Assembly: GCA_963807905.1 (NCBI GenBank)
Contig: CAWEEJ010000086.1
Coordinates: 3,327-67,326, forward strand
Length of the DNA: 64,000 nt
Source: an uncultured Chloroflexia bacterium
GTDB taxonomy: Bacteria; Chloroflexota; Anaerolineae; Caldilineales; Caldilineaceae
Direction: 5' to 3'
How positions within the stretch are numbered: position 1 is the first letter of the stretch; each line of letters starts with the position of its first letter. The position numbers and the translations under genes are program-made. Shown here piece after piece: positions 39,601 to 49,732 of the stretch. The notes under the pieces are model-generated. The model was given only the letters and a program-made list of their open reading frames with translations, made no database searches and was not told the origin of the DNA.

Positions 39601-39873
39601 CTCTGCTTGGGTCGTCTCCAGGTTGGCCGCCAGCGCTGCATGATTGCTTTGGAGGCTTTGGAGATCGTCGCTTTTGCCATCAAGTTGGTTACGCACACTG
39701 ATTAGGTCTTGCTCGCGACGCCGAAGCGTGGTTTGGATCGACTCGATTTGCTCTTCGTAGCGACTGGCGTTGCGACGTAAAAAGAAGGGCAGAATGAGCC
39801 AGGCGAGCAGGAAGCCGAGCAGAAATGCGCCGACCAGAAACCAGATCTGATCCAGGTTCTGCATTGCCTGCAT
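36700..39873 (-). CDS. Membrane-anchored 1057-aa coiled-coil protein with two C-terminal helix-hairpin-helix modules
   Basis: N-terminal TM [22 protein letters not shown]. About 850 aa of Ala/Glu/Leu/Gln-rich heptad-like sequence. C-terminal [24 protein letters not shown] and [24 protein letters not shown]. Confidence 0.7.
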   Translation of the reverse strand: [1057 protein letters not shown]

Positions 39874-39886
39874 GGTAGGTTCTCCT

Positions 39887-40831
39887 TTATTCGCTTGCGC
39901 GTTGGTCGTCCAGCGCTTCTAGTTCAGCCGTCAATTCCAAAATACGCCGATTCGCTTGTTTGAGTTCGTCTTCCTTCATGCGCACCATGGTGGAGGTGAG
40001 CAACGCCAGTTCGCCGGCGACGTCGCCCCGCGCGTTGGTCAGCTTTTGTTCCAATTCATCGCGCACGCTGCCGACTTCTTCGATGCGATTGCGGAACATT
40101 TCCAACTCCGCTTCCGTTTCGCTGAGCGCACTTTCACGCGCCTCCAGCGTGTTTTGGAGCACAGTAACGCGCAGGAACGCCTGGTCAAGCGCAATCTCCT
40201 TGTCCGAGACCTGTTTCTGGGCAGAGGTCAGGGCTTCGCTGATGCTCTCCACTTCCCCGTTTAGGCGCTCCGTTTCGCCCTGCAGGCTGGCACGCGCTTG
40301 TTCAGTCTGCTCCAGATCACTGCGCAATGATGCAACATCGGCAACGGCAGTGTCATACTCCGAACGGAGCATATCGATCTGGGCGAGCACCTCGCCGTGT
40401 GCTTGCTCGCTTTCGTCGAGAGAGACCGTGAGTGCTGACTGCGCTTTCTTGGCGGCTTCGTCGTGTGACTTCAGCTCGGCTGCCTGCTGTTCGATCGTCT
40501 GGTTGGCCGCGTCAAGTTCCTTGCTGACGCGCTCCAGTTCAGCGTTGGTCGTCTCCAACTCTGCCTTTGTTTGGTCCAGCTCATTCTGCGCCTGGTTGAA
40601 AGATTTGCGCAGATCGTCGCTTGCCTTATTGAGGTCATCCGTCAACCGATTCGATTTGCGCTGCTGGCTTTCCAGCTCGGCCACGCGTGCTTCTAGTTCC
40701 CCTCTTTTCTTTGAGGCTGGGATGCGGGTAAAGAGCCAGCCTAAAAAGAGTCCGATGAGGCCAACGATTAAGAATGCAACCCAATTGTTGCCCTGTGCTG
40801 CCCAGGCTATCCATTGTGAGACAGCGTCCAT
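39887..40831 (-). CDS. Membrane-anchored 314-aa coiled-coil protein
   Basis: N-terminal TM WVAFLIVGLIGLFLGWLF, then an uninterrupted coiled-coil-like sequence. Lies 13 nt upstream of the 1057-aa gene on the same strand. Confidence 0.65.
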   Translation of the reverse strand: MDAVSQWIAWAAQGNNWVAFLIVGLIGLFLGWLFTRIPASKKRGELEARVAELESQQRKSNRLTDDLNKASDDLRKSFNQAQNELDQTKAELETTNAELERVSKELDAANQTIEQQAAELKSHDEAAKKAQSALTVSLDESEQAHGEVLAQIDMLRSEYDTAVADVASLRSDLEQTEQARASLQGETERLNGEVESISEALTSAQKQVSDKEIALDQAFLRVTVLQNTLEARESALSETEAELEMFRNRIEEVGSVRDELEQKLTNARGDVAGELALLTSTMVRMKEDELKQANRRILELTAELEALDDQRASE

Positions 40832-41126
40832 GTGCGCCTCCTTCTTTTCTAAAATTTTGAAGCTGTAGTCAACGATTGCAGTAAGCGTTTACTCGCTTAC
40901 CCTGAATGTGATAATCATTTGATCCGAGTGTGAGTCGGTGATGGAAAACCTTTGAGTTGGTGTGCTGGTGGGGTGCATTTCAAGTGGAAACGGTACGGCA
41001 TGCAATGCCGCAGTATTCAATATGACGATTATAATGCATCATGACACGCATCTCTGAATTCGTCAACCGCAGAGAATCGATCCAGAACCGTGCGGTCAAC
41101 CCGCTTTGGAGACCTGATAATTCGTA

Positions 41127-41155
41127 TTGACAAGCCCAAAACGAAGTGCTACTGT
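41127..41155 (+). promoter_or_regulatory. Sigma70-type promoter TTGACA-17-TACTGT
   Basis: TTGACA at 41127-41132, 17-nt spacer, TACTGT at 41150-41155. About 150 nt upstream of the aeRF1-like gene. Confidence 0.55.
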
Positions 41156-41304
41156 TGAATCAATCAGGGCTCCCATCATGCGTCAATGACAGCGTAACTC
41201 CAGGAACGGCACAGAGGCTTCAAACCTCTTGTACGACCCATGGCCGACTGTCCGCTATGATTTTCGTACTCGCCAAACCTTACAATAGAAGAGAGGATAG
41301 TTCG

Positions 41305-42390
41305 ATGTTAACCGATGTTGATGTCCGTCAGGCCATTGAATTCGAGAGTCACGAGCATCCCGTCCTCAGTATCTACCTCAATGTTGATCCCCACCGACGA
41401 TCTGCCGAAAAGTATAAACTCGCTCTACGCAGCTTGCTACGCCAAGCGGAAGATGCAGATCCGGAAGATAGTAAGCGTATGCAAAGCTTTATCGAGATGG
41501 GCTACAACTGGCAGGGTCGCGGCCTGGTGATGTTTAGCTGTGCCGCCGAGGATTTCTGGTGGTCAAAGAGTCTGATGACGCCGGTGGAAGACAGTGTCAT
41601 GGTGGCGCATCGTCCCTATGTGCGTCAGTTGGCGACGTTGATGGACACCTATGACCGCTGGGGCGTCATTCAGGTGGACCAGGAAGGCGCCCGGCTCTAT
41701 CTGTTCCATATGGGCATTTTGGAGGATGTACAGGGCTACCTGGGTGAGGAGGTCAAGCGCCACAAGGCGGGCGGCTGGGCTGCACCCCGCTACCAGCGCG
41801 GCGAGAAGCTGACCGCGCGCCAGAACTTACAGGACGCAGCCGAAATGGCCGAGGACTTCTATCGCCAGACCGATACGCGCCACCTGATTCTGGCCGGCAC
41901 TGAAAAAAATACGGCGCGCTTTGACAACCTGCTTAGCCACCGATTGCGCAATATGGTCGTCGGCAACATCGCGGTTGACGCCAATGCCAGCGCAGATGAG
42001 ATACGTGATAAGGCCGTTGAGTTGGTCCAACAAGCTGCCGAGGTCGAAGAGCAGAACGCCGCCAATCAACTGGTGACCACGCTGCACAAGGGCGGCAACG
42101 CTGTGGCCGGCTTGGCTGAGACGCTGACCGCGGTGCAGAATGGCCGCGCACAGCACGTCGTGGCGCTTTCAAGCTTCTCTCATCCGGCCTATCGATTTGT
42201 CGACAGCGGCTATATCGTGCTGGATCTGGAGGAAGGCGCCGAGTTGGGCAGTGGTCGCATCCAAAAATTGCCGGACGCCGTCGACAGCGTCCTGCGACGG
42301 GCGCTGGCACAGGGCATCAGCGTCACCATTCTTGACGAGCATGAAGGACTGGCGTCGGTCGGTCACATTGGCGCATTGACCCGCTACTAG
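41305..42390 (+). CDS. aeRF1-type (Vms1/VLRF1-like, baeRF) release-factor-fold protein
   Basis: About 360 aa. The pattern [11 protein letters not shown]..., [32 protein letters not shown] and a C-terminal eRF1-domain-3-like region match my recollection of bacterial eRF1-like families. ATG at 41305 follows GAGAGGA. Confidence 0.55.
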   Translation: MLTDVDVRQAIEFESHEHPVLSIYLNVDPHRRSAEKYKLALRSLLRQAEDADPEDSKRMQSFIEMGYNWQGRGLVMFSCAAEDFWWSKSLMTPVEDSVMVAHRPYVRQLATLMDTYDRWGVIQVDQEGARLYLFHMGILEDVQGYLGEEVKRHKAGGWAAPRYQRGEKLTARQNLQDAAEMAEDFYRQTDTRHLILAGTEKNTARFDNLLSHRLRNMVVGNIAVDANASADEIRDKAVELVQQAAEVEEQNAANQLVTTLHKGGNAVAGLAETLTAVQNGRAQHVVALSSFSHPAYRFVDSGYIVLDLEEGAELGSGRIQKLPDAVDSVLRRALAQGISVTILDEHEGLASVGHIGALTRY

Positions 42391-42790
42391 CGTGCCACCA
42401 ATTTTGAATTGACGACTCGTTTTCCTGTGCCGGAACCTAACTGTAGCGGCACGAACAAGTTCACGCACTCGCCAAGAGAGATTGCCGCTGCGCCGACACG
42501 TAACCAGTTAGCCTTTGCAGCATGCCGGGACTCGGTCACAACACGTTTGATTTGAGCCGTGAAGGTGGCCAAAATCCGGCTTGCTGCAGGGTCCTCCCCC
42601 TGGCCGACAGCACGTCTCCTCTTCTTCTATTTCCCGCATTTTCCGCGCAAGCGTTAGCGCTTTGTTGCAGCCCCATTTGCATTCCATTAGCGTTGAGCCT
42701 TTTCGGAATCATACCTACGCGTAAGATCGTATAGTAGGTATAAAACTGAGCCATGACTATTGTAGAAAGTGAAGGAGCACGTAGTCTCTC

Positions 42791-45301
42791 ATGATGAGAT
42801 TTGATCGATTTACCGAAAAAGCCCAAGAAGCAGCCATGCGTGCGTATGAGCTGCTCCAACGATACAAGCACACGCAGGTTGACACCGAGCATGTCTTTCT
42901 GGCGTTGCTGCAACAAACCGACAGCGCTGTGCCACAGATTCTCGAGGGCATGGATGCGCCAATTGAGGCCATGGCAGAGAAGCTTGAGGATGTGCTGAAG
43001 GCGATGCCGACCAATTCCGGCATGCCTCAGGGCGCAGTACCGACTGCCCAGGTCTTCATCACGCCACGGCTCAAGCGCGTGATGGATGTGGCCAACGAAG
43101 AGGCGAAGAAGCTCGAAGATGAATTTATCAGCACCGAGCATCTCTTCCTGGCTGTGGCCAGTGAGCGTAATACGCCGAGCGCCAACATATTGCGCGAGGT
43201 GGGCGTCACAAAAGAGCGTATCTACCAGAGCATTGAAGAGCTGCGCAACGGTCAGCGCATTACTGAACCCAACGCAGAGAGCAAATACCGGGTACTGGAG
43301 AAATATGGCCAGGACCTGACCAAGTCTGCGGCAGCCGATAAGCTCGACCCGGTTGTTGGGCGTGAGGCCGAAGTGTTGCGCCTGATGCAGGTGCTGACTC
43401 GTCGAACCAAGAACAACCCCGTCCTCATCGGCGAGGCCGGTGTGGGCAAGACGGCCATCGTTGAGGGGTTGGCGCAACAGATCGTCGCCAACGATGTGCC
43501 GGAGCCGCTCATGGGCAAGCGCGTCGTTTCGCTGGATATGGGCGCATTGCTGGCGGGCACCCGCTTCCGCGGTGAGTTTGAAGAGCGCTTTAAGGCGTGC
43601 ATCGATGAGGTGCTGCGCAGCGAAGGCGAAATCATGCTCTTCATCGACGAGCTGCACACGGTCGTCGGTGCGGGCAACGCTGCCGGGGCGCTAGACGCCA
43701 GCAACATGCTCAAGCCCGCGTTGGCTCGGGGCGAGTTGCAGTGCATCGGCGCCACCACGCTAGACGAATATCGTCAGTCGATCGAGAAGGATTCAGCGCT
43801 GGAACGCCGTTTCGCGCCCGTCTACGTCGAAGAACCTGACGTCGACGATGCCATCGAAATCTTGCGTGGTCTGCGTCCGCGTTATGAAGAACATCACAAC
43901 GTGACCTATTCGGATGAGGCCTTGATTCAGGCCGTCAAGCTGAGCAATCGCTATGTGACCGATCGCCGCCTGCCTGACAAGGCCATCGATCTGATCGACG
44001 AGGCTGCAGCCAAGCTACGCGTTGCGATTTACTCCATGCCGGCGGACTTGAAGCAGAAGAAGACTCAGCTGGATGAACTGGTCGCGGCCGAAGAAGAAGC
44101 CTGGGCCCAGCGAGATTATGAGAACGCCGCTCAGTACAAGACCGATCGCGTCCGCCTGGAAGAAGAGTATGAAAGCGCCTACGCAAGCTGGCGCGACGAG
44201 CATGGCCTGGATGATCTGGTCGAGGCGACTGACGTGGCCGAGGTAATTCATGCGTGGACGGGCATTCCGGCCTCCAGCCTGCTGCAGGAAGAGGCTGAGA
44301 AGCTGCTCCACATGGAAGACGCACTGCGTGAGCGCATCATCGGTCAGGAGCAGGCCGTCGTGGCTGTCAGCGACGCGATTCGCCGGGCTCGTAGCGGCCT
44401 CAAAGACCCCGATCGCCCCATCGGTACCTTCCTCTTTATGGGGCCGACGGGTGTGGGCAAGACGGAGTTGGCCAAGGCACTTGCGGGCTACCTCTTCGAT
44501 GATGATGACGCCCTGGTGCGCGTTGACATGAGCGAGTATCGCGAGTCACACACGGTGAGCCGTCTCTTCGGGGCGCCTCCCGGCTATGTCGGCTACGATC
44601 AGGGGGGGCAGCTGACCGAACAGGTGCGCCGCCGTCCCTACCAGGTGGTGCTCTTTGACGAAGTAGAGAAAGCCCATCCGGAAGTTTGGAATTCTCTCTT
44701 GCAAATCATGGATGACGGCCGTCTGACCGATGGCCAGGGACGGACGGTGGATTTCCGCAACACGGTCATCATCATGACCAGTAACGTGGGTGCGGAAATG
44801 GTCAACCGCGGTTCGCTTGGCTTCGCTACGCCGGAGTTCGACGAAAGCAAGTTTGCGGAGAACCAGTATGGCAAGCAGCTCAAGCGCCTCTTCCGGCCAG
44901 AGTTCCTCAACCGGATCGATGAGACGATCGTCTTTGAGAGCCTGAGCGAGGAGCAGATCCGCTCAATCGTCGTCTTGCTGATGAACGACATTGCTCAACG
45001 ACTGGATGAACTGGGCATTACCGTTGAACTGACGGATGAGGCCGTGGGTCACGTCGCCGAAATCGGCTACGACGCCAGCTATGGCGCCCGCCCGCTGCGT
45101 CGAGTGCTGCAGCGTAAGGTCGAGAACGAGTTGAGCAAGCGCCTGCTGCGCGGCGAGTATCAGACTGGTGATCACGTCATCGTTGACTATGATCCCGAGG
45201 CTGAAGACGCCGAAGTGCGCCTGACGTTTACCAAGGGTGAGCAAGAGGCTATTGCTGTTGAATTGCCCTTTGCGAGTAACCAGGACTCGCAAGAGTCATA
45301 A
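42791..45301 (+). CDS. clpC: Class-I Hsp100/Clp AAA+ unfoldase, ClpC-type
   Basis: Clp_N repeats. Two NBDs ([18 protein letters not shown]). Short middle domain with a UVR-like [17 protein letters not shown]. An LGF tripeptide in D2 (GSLGFAT) at the position where ClpP-binding loops occur. Confidence 0.85.
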   Translation: MMRFDRFTEKAQEAAMRAYELLQRYKHTQVDTEHVFLALLQQTDSAVPQILEGMDAPIEAMAEKLEDVLKAMPTNSGMPQGAVPTAQVFITPRLKRVMDVANEEAKKLEDEFISTEHLFLAVASERNTPSANILREVGVTKERIYQSIEELRNGQRITEPNAESKYRVLEKYGQDLTKSAAADKLDPVVGREAEVLRLMQVLTRRTKNNPVLIGEAGVGKTAIVEGLAQQIVANDVPEPLMGKRVVSLDMGALLAGTRFRGEFEERFKACIDEVLRSEGEIMLFIDELHTVVGAGNAAGALDASNMLKPALARGELQCIGATTLDEYRQSIEKDSALERRFAPVYVEEPDVDDAIEILRGLRPRYEEHHNVTYSDEALIQAVKLSNRYVTDRRLPDKAIDLIDEAAAKLRVAIYSMPADLKQKKTQLDELVAAEEEAWAQRDYENAAQYKTDRVRLEEEYESAYASWRDEHGLDDLVEATDVAEVIHAWTGIPASSLLQEEAEKLLHMEDALRERIIGQEQAVVAVSDAIRRARSGLKDPDRPIGTFLFMGPTGVGKTELAKALAGYLFDDDDALVRVDMSEYRESHTVSRLFGAPPGYVGYDQGGQLTEQVRRRPYQVVLFDEVEKAHPEVWNSLLQIMDDGRLTDGQGRTVDFRNTVIIMTSNVGAEMVNRGSLGFATPEFDESKFAENQYGKQLKRLFRPEFLNRIDETIVFESLSEEQIRSIVVLLMNDIAQRLDELGITVELTDEAVGHVAEIGYDASYGARPLRRVLQRKVENELSKRLLRGEYQTGDHVIVDYDPEAEDAEVRLTFTKGEQEAIAVELPFASNQDSQES

Positions 45302-45325
45302 GGTTTTCAACCGAAGTGTTTGATG

Positions 45326-45360
45326 CGGGAGCGCCTCAACGGGCGCTCCCGTCATTTTTA
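45326..45360 (+). terminator. Intrinsic terminator after clpC
   Basis: CGGGAGCGCC / GGCGCTCCCG stem, 6-nt loop, then TCATTTTTA. Confidence 0.75.
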
Positions 45361-45686
45361 GGAAGTGTCGCCATTGCGTTCCGCAAATTGAGAAATGATC
45401 AGGCAGCAAATGGTCTCTCTGAGACCCACTTGCCCTGCAAATTACGATTCGGTTCGTTCAATGGTATATAATAAGGGTATGCGACCGTTGATTGTGATCG
45501 TCGAATCGGCCTGGACTTCTCTGGCTGGTCCGATTGTTTGAACGCAATCCAGGTTGGATCGCACGTGTTGGTCCGGCCGTTTTGACTGGCGCCGCTGTGC
45601 ATATGCATTTTTGAGGCGGCTGCCATTTGGTTGGGTCGGAAGAGCACGCAACCCATGATTCAATATTTGGAGGTAGATAGTTTGTT

Positions 45687-47567
45687 GTGAGTAGAAAACG
45701 AAAATCAAATAGTGGGCGCCAGACGCAATCGTCAGCGCCGGACGAACAAGGAGACGGCAAGTCGTCCTCAAAGCGCAAATGGTATCGCGCTGACCTGCAC
45801 TTGCACTCTCCTGCCTCGGGAGACTATGAGAACCCGCAGGCCTCGTATTTGGAATGGCTGCGTACGGCTGCAGAGAAAGAACTGGACGTCGTTGCGCTAA
45901 CCGACCATAACACCGTTGCCGGCGTCGGCGCGATTCGCCGAGAGATTGAGTGGCTGACGCGGCTAGACCAGGCGAATCGTTTGACTGATGAGGAGCGAGC
46001 CCGGCTTACCGAGTGGCGCAAATTGTCGGAGCAGGTGCTCGTATTGCCCGGCTTTGAGTTCACGGCCACCTTTGGGTTTCACATTTTGGGCATTTTTCCG
46101 CCCGAGACGTCGGTCCGAGAGCTGGAGCACGTCTTGCTGACGCTGAATGTGCCGGCTGAAAAGCTCGATGCAGGATCCACAGAGACCGGATCCGCAACCG
46201 ATGTGTTGACGGCCTATCGTGTGATTCACGAAGCTGGCGGTCTTGCCATTGCTGCCCACGCCAATAGCACCCACGGCGTCGCCATGCGCAATTTCCCGTT
46301 TGGCGGCCAGACCAAAATCGCCTATACCCAGGATGCCAACCTGGACGCATTGGAAGTCACCGACCTTGACCGGCGGGGACGATCCACCGCGCGTTTCTTC
46401 AATGGCTCAAAAACGGAATATCCGCGTAAGATGCACTGCATCCAAGGCTCGGATGCCCATTCGCTGCAGACGGACCCGAAGAATGCCAAGCGCCTGGGCA
46501 TTGGTGAACGCGCCACGGAGTTCCTGATGGACGATGCCTCCTTTGAGGCGATTGCCGAGGTGCTACGCAGCAAGCAGTTCGACCGCACGCGACCTGCCCG
46601 CGCCAAGGACAAGCCATTTGATGCCGTGGCCTCTGCGCGTGAAGAAGGTCCGTCGCTGATGCTGAGCTTTAGCGAATCGGCCAGCGCACGTGGCGGTCGC
46701 TTGACTGCGATCTTGACTGACGTTTGCGCCTTCGCCAACACGCTGGGCGGCACAGTTTATGTGGGCGTGGGCGCCCGCAAGGGCAAGCCCAAAGGGTTAG
46801 CCGACCCCAAGGCGGTCGAAAAAGAGATCCTGGCCGCGCTGGATGAGCGCATGATGCCCCCGCTGGAGGTGAAGACGGAAATCGTCGAGACCGAAGGGGC
46901 CAAAGTGTTGGCGATTCATGCGCCCAAGGGAACCGACCGACCCTACTGCTTGGACGACTCTAAGTTTTACGTGCGCGACGAAAGCGAAACCTCCCTCGCC
47001 GTTCGTGATGAGATCGTGGCCTTGATCCGTCAGGTCTTGGCAGAAGAGGGCGATGCGCCCAAGGAAGGCGCAAGCAAATCCGGCAGTCGCTCAAGTTCCA
47101 GTCGACGCCGTCGCTCGCGCAACCGCAGGGGCGGGCAGAAACAGGGCTCGTCTGGCAACGGTGATTCATCCAACAATGGCGGCGTTCCACATGATACTGG
47201 CGCCAATGATGCCAGCGATGCATTTTATCTGCCGCAAATTGGGGTAGAGATCGTCGATTCGCAAGAGCGTCATGGCAACACCTATCATAGCATCTGTGAC
47301 CTGCGTAACAATACGGTGATCAAAAACGTGACGCGCAAGGGCGCGCGCAAGCTGTGGAATTACGCCATTGCCCAGCATGAAGATCATCCGGTCGAGCCCA
47401 AGAAAGTCACATGGGATGGCAATGTGGGGCTTGTCCGCGCCGAGAAGCGCGCCGGCAAGGTTCGCTACGATCTCGCCCTGCGCGAGAACGGCAATGTTCG
47501 CGTCTTCTATGGTGTTACCGAAGATGGCATGGAAGGCAAATGGTCCGGCTTCGTCCAGGACGAGTAG
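45687..47567 (+). CDS. PHP-domain phosphoesterase fused to an AlbA_2 (Schlafen-like) domain, an Arg/Ser/Gly-rich linker and an uncharacterised C-terminal domain
   Basis: PHP His/Asp motifs: [44 protein letters not shown]. AlbA_2-like [19 protein letters not shown]...[12 protein letters not shown]. Linker [29 protein letters not shown] start 13 nt after GGAGG. Confidence 0.7.
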   Translation: MSRKRKSNSGRQTQSSAPDEQGDGKSSSKRKWYRADLHLHSPASGDYENPQASYLEWLRTAAEKELDVVALTDHNTVAGVGAIRREIEWLTRLDQANRLTDEERARLTEWRKLSEQVLVLPGFEFTATFGFHILGIFPPETSVRELEHVLLTLNVPAEKLDAGSTETGSATDVLTAYRVIHEAGGLAIAAHANSTHGVAMRNFPFGGQTKIAYTQDANLDALEVTDLDRRGRSTARFFNGSKTEYPRKMHCIQGSDAHSLQTDPKNAKRLGIGERATEFLMDDASFEAIAEVLRSKQFDRTRPARAKDKPFDAVASAREEGPSLMLSFSESASARGGRLTAILTDVCAFANTLGGTVYVGVGARKGKPKGLADPKAVEKEILAALDERMMPPLEVKTEIVETEGAKVLAIHAPKGTDRPYCLDDSKFYVRDESETSLAVRDEIVALIRQVLAEEGDAPKEGASKSGSRSSSSRRRRSRNRRGGQKQGSSGNGDSSNNGGVPHDTGANDASDAFYLPQIGVEIVDSQERHGNTYHSICDLRNNTVIKNVTRKGARKLWNYAIAQHEDHPVEPKKVTWDGNVGLVRAEKRAGKVRYDLALRENGNVRVFYGVTEDGMEGKWSGFVQDE

Positions 47568-47605
47568 GCGTCACTTACGGTAGATAAGGATACGGTAGAA
47601 AAGAG

Positions 47606-47646
47606 AAAACGGTCGTCCGCATACCTTGCGGATGACCGTTTTTTGT
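47606..47646. terminator. Bidirectional intrinsic terminator
   Basis: AAAACGGTCGTCCGCA / TGCGGATGACCGTTTT stem flanked by A- and T-tracts. Lies between convergent genes. Confidence 0.8.
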
Positions 47647-47651
47647 CCTGC

Positions 47652-48572
47652 TCACACGCGCCCGTCAAAATATATCAGCACGACCACCGAAAGGGCCCAG
47701 AGCAGACTGTTGATCATCAGCGCCCGATCCTTCATCAGCAGTTCGTCGGGTGCGCCCCCCTTCTTTTCAACATGGATCAGATAGAGGTACCGGAAGACGA
47801 AATAGAGCACGAAGGGCACGGTCAGCAGCATCCGCCCGCCGCCGACAATGGCCGTCTGCGCCTCAAAGGAATAGAGCGTGTAGGCGATGACCGTGCTTGC
47901 GGTCACGATGCTGATGATCTGATCGAGTAGGGGAATGTTGTACTGGCCCAAGCTGGACCGATGGGCGGCAGCATCGCCTTCCAGCAAGACGATTTCATGA
48001 CGCCGCTTGCCAAAGCCGAGGAAGAGGGCGAGCAGACCAACGCACACGTAGAGCCACGGGCTGAAATTGCTGACGTCCGCGGCGATGGCGCCTGCCAGCA
48101 CGCGCAGCAAAAAGCCAAGCGCAAGCACCATGACGTCAATGATGACGACATTCTTGAGCCAGAAGCTGTAGGCGATATTTTCCAGCAGGTAGATGACCAG
48201 AACAAGGCCGATCCAGGGGTCGAGGAGAAAGGCCCCGCCGACACCGACGACTGCCAGCAATAGGGCCGCAACTTGGGCGACGCGGGGCGAAAGCTGGCCG
48301 CTGGGCAGGGGGCGGCTCCGCTTGCGCGGGTGCTGGCGGTCCTTCTCGATATCGACCAGATCGTTGAGCAAGTAGACGCTGCTGGAAACCAGGCAGAAAA
48401 AGATTACAACCGCGGTGACGCGCAGGAAGAGTTCGGGCACAAAGAGCTTGCCGTCAAAGACCAGCGCGGCGTAGATAATGATGTTTTTGACCCATTGCTG
48501 GGGTCGCATTGCCCGGATCAGACCGCGCAGGTTGGTGCTGAAGCTGGGCGAATTCGCGGTCGATGATGTCAT
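47652..48572 (-). CDS. UbiA-family prenyltransferase, decaprenyl-phosphate phosphoribosyltransferase-like
   Basis: [23 protein letters not shown] motif in a polytopic membrane protein of 306 aa. Confidence 0.75.
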   Translation of the reverse strand: MTSSTANSPSFSTNLRGLIRAMRPQQWVKNIIIYAALVFDGKLFVPELFLRVTAVVIFFCLVSSSVYLLNDLVDIEKDRQHPRKRSRPLPSGQLSPRVAQVAALLLAVVGVGGAFLLDPWIGLVLVIYLLENIAYSFWLKNVVIIDVMVLALGFLLRVLAGAIAADVSNFSPWLYVCVGLLALFLGFGKRRHEIVLLEGDAAAHRSSLGQYNIPLLDQIISIVTASTVIAYTLYSFEAQTAIVGGGRMLLTVPFVLYFVFRYLYLIHVEKKGGAPDELLMKDRALMINSLLWALSVVVLIYFDGRV

Positions 48573-48689
48573 GATAAGCCGACGTAGTTGCTGGATCAGA
48601 TCGTTCGAAGGAAAGCGTTTATGCTACTGTACCCAACCATAACGGTCAAACTTGGCGTTCGTTGCAGAGAGCAATGTAAGCGTACTGTA

Positions 48690-48770
48690 TTGTTGGAGGG
48701 TGCATACCACATTGGATTGTTGGAGGGTGCATACCACATTGGATTGTTGGAGGGTGCATACCACATTGGG
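48690..48770. repeat. Three perfect head-to-tail copies of a 27-bp unit TTGTTGGAGGGTGCATACCACATTGGA
   Basis: Read directly, in the divergent intergenic region between the UbiA-type gene and tlyA. A degenerate inverted copy lies at 48814-48840. Confidence 0.9.
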
Positions 48771-48882
48771 GGGCTGCTCTAGAGAAAGTGATTAGTCCGT
48801 TCGTGCACCGCCCCCAAAATGGGATGCACCCATTGTTGGACTGCCATTTGACAGTGGCTCTCCGTCGGTCTATGCTCGCGCT

Positions 48883-49725
48883 ATGAACAATGATCGACCT
48901 ACGCCCCGTCAATCCAAGGCCGCCAAGCAGCGTCTCGACCTTCTGCTGGTTGAACGAGGGCTTATTGAGAGTCGCGAGCAGGCGCGCCGTGTCATCATGG
49001 CCGGCGACGTGTTGGTAGACGAGCAGGTGATGGATAAGCCCGGACGTTCCGTCTCAACCGATGCGAATCTGCGCGTGCGCGCCATGCCAAAATTCGTGAG
49101 CCGGGGCGGCCTCAAGCTGGCGGCAGCGCTGGACGATTTTCAGCTGGATGTAACGGGGTTGATTGCGGTAGACGTGGGTGCAAGTACCGGCGGATTCACC
49201 GATTGCCTCCTTCAGCGCGGGGCTGCTCGCGTCTATGCGGTGGACGTAGGCTATGGTCAGTTGGCGTGGAAATTGCGTCAAGATCCACGCACCGTCGTGC
49301 TGGAGCGTACCAACATTCGGTATCTGGAATCGCTTCCCGAGCAGGCGTTGGCCGACCTGGCTGTGATCGACGCCAGCTTCATCAGCCTGGCGCTCGTCCT
49401 GCCGCCGACGCTCAAGCTGCTGCAGGCGGATGGTCAGATCGTCGCGCTCATTAAGCCTCAATTTGAGGCCGGCAAAGGGGCCGTGGGTAAAGGCGGCGTG
49501 GTGCGAGAGGCCAAGATCCACCGTCAGGTGATTCTGGAGACGGCTGCAAGGGCCCAGGCGCTCGGGCTAAGCGTGGCCGGCATCACCGTTTCGCCTGCAC
49601 CGGGCCCGGCCGGCAACGTAGAATTTCTGATCTGGTTGCGGCAGGGCGACCAACGGACCATCGACCTGCCCGCCGCGGTTGATCAGGCGCTGGCTGCAGC
49701 CCAGACATTGCCCAAGCGAGGCTGA
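48883..49725 (+). CDS. tlyA: TlyA-family rRNA 2'-O-methyltransferase (S4 plus FtsJ domains)
   Basis: [31 protein letters not shown] (S4) and [19 protein letters not shown] (SAM-binding). Confidence 0.85.
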   Translation: MNNDRPTPRQSKAAKQRLDLLLVERGLIESREQARRVIMAGDVLVDEQVMDKPGRSVSTDANLRVRAMPKFVSRGGLKLAAALDDFQLDVTGLIAVDVGASTGGFTDCLLQRGAARVYAVDVGYGQLAWKLRQDPRTVVLERTNIRYLESLPEQALADLAVIDASFISLALVLPPTLKLLQADGQIVALIKPQFEAGKGAVGKGGVVREAKIHRQVILETAARAQALGLSVAGITVSPAPGPAGNVEFLIWLRQGDQRTIDLPAAVDQALAAAQTLPKRG

Positions 49726-49732
49726 CGTTCGC

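Noticed and set aside
42391-42790. Looked for CtsR, CIRCE or HAIR heat-shock operators upstream of clpC.
   Set aside because: No match to those consensus sequences was seen by eye. Only the unrelated 8-bp inverted repeat is reported, as a low-interest finding.
42536-43657. 373-aa ORF antisense to clpC.
   Set aside because: It lies entirely within the strongly conserved ClpC coding frame, has no RBS, and has off-frame composition.
48690-48770. Considered whether the 27-bp x3 repeats (and the 29-bp x5 repeats at 57259-57403) are CRISPR arrays.
   Set aside because: The units abut directly with no unique spacers, there are only 3-5 copies, and no cas genes are present in the window. They are plain tandem repeats.
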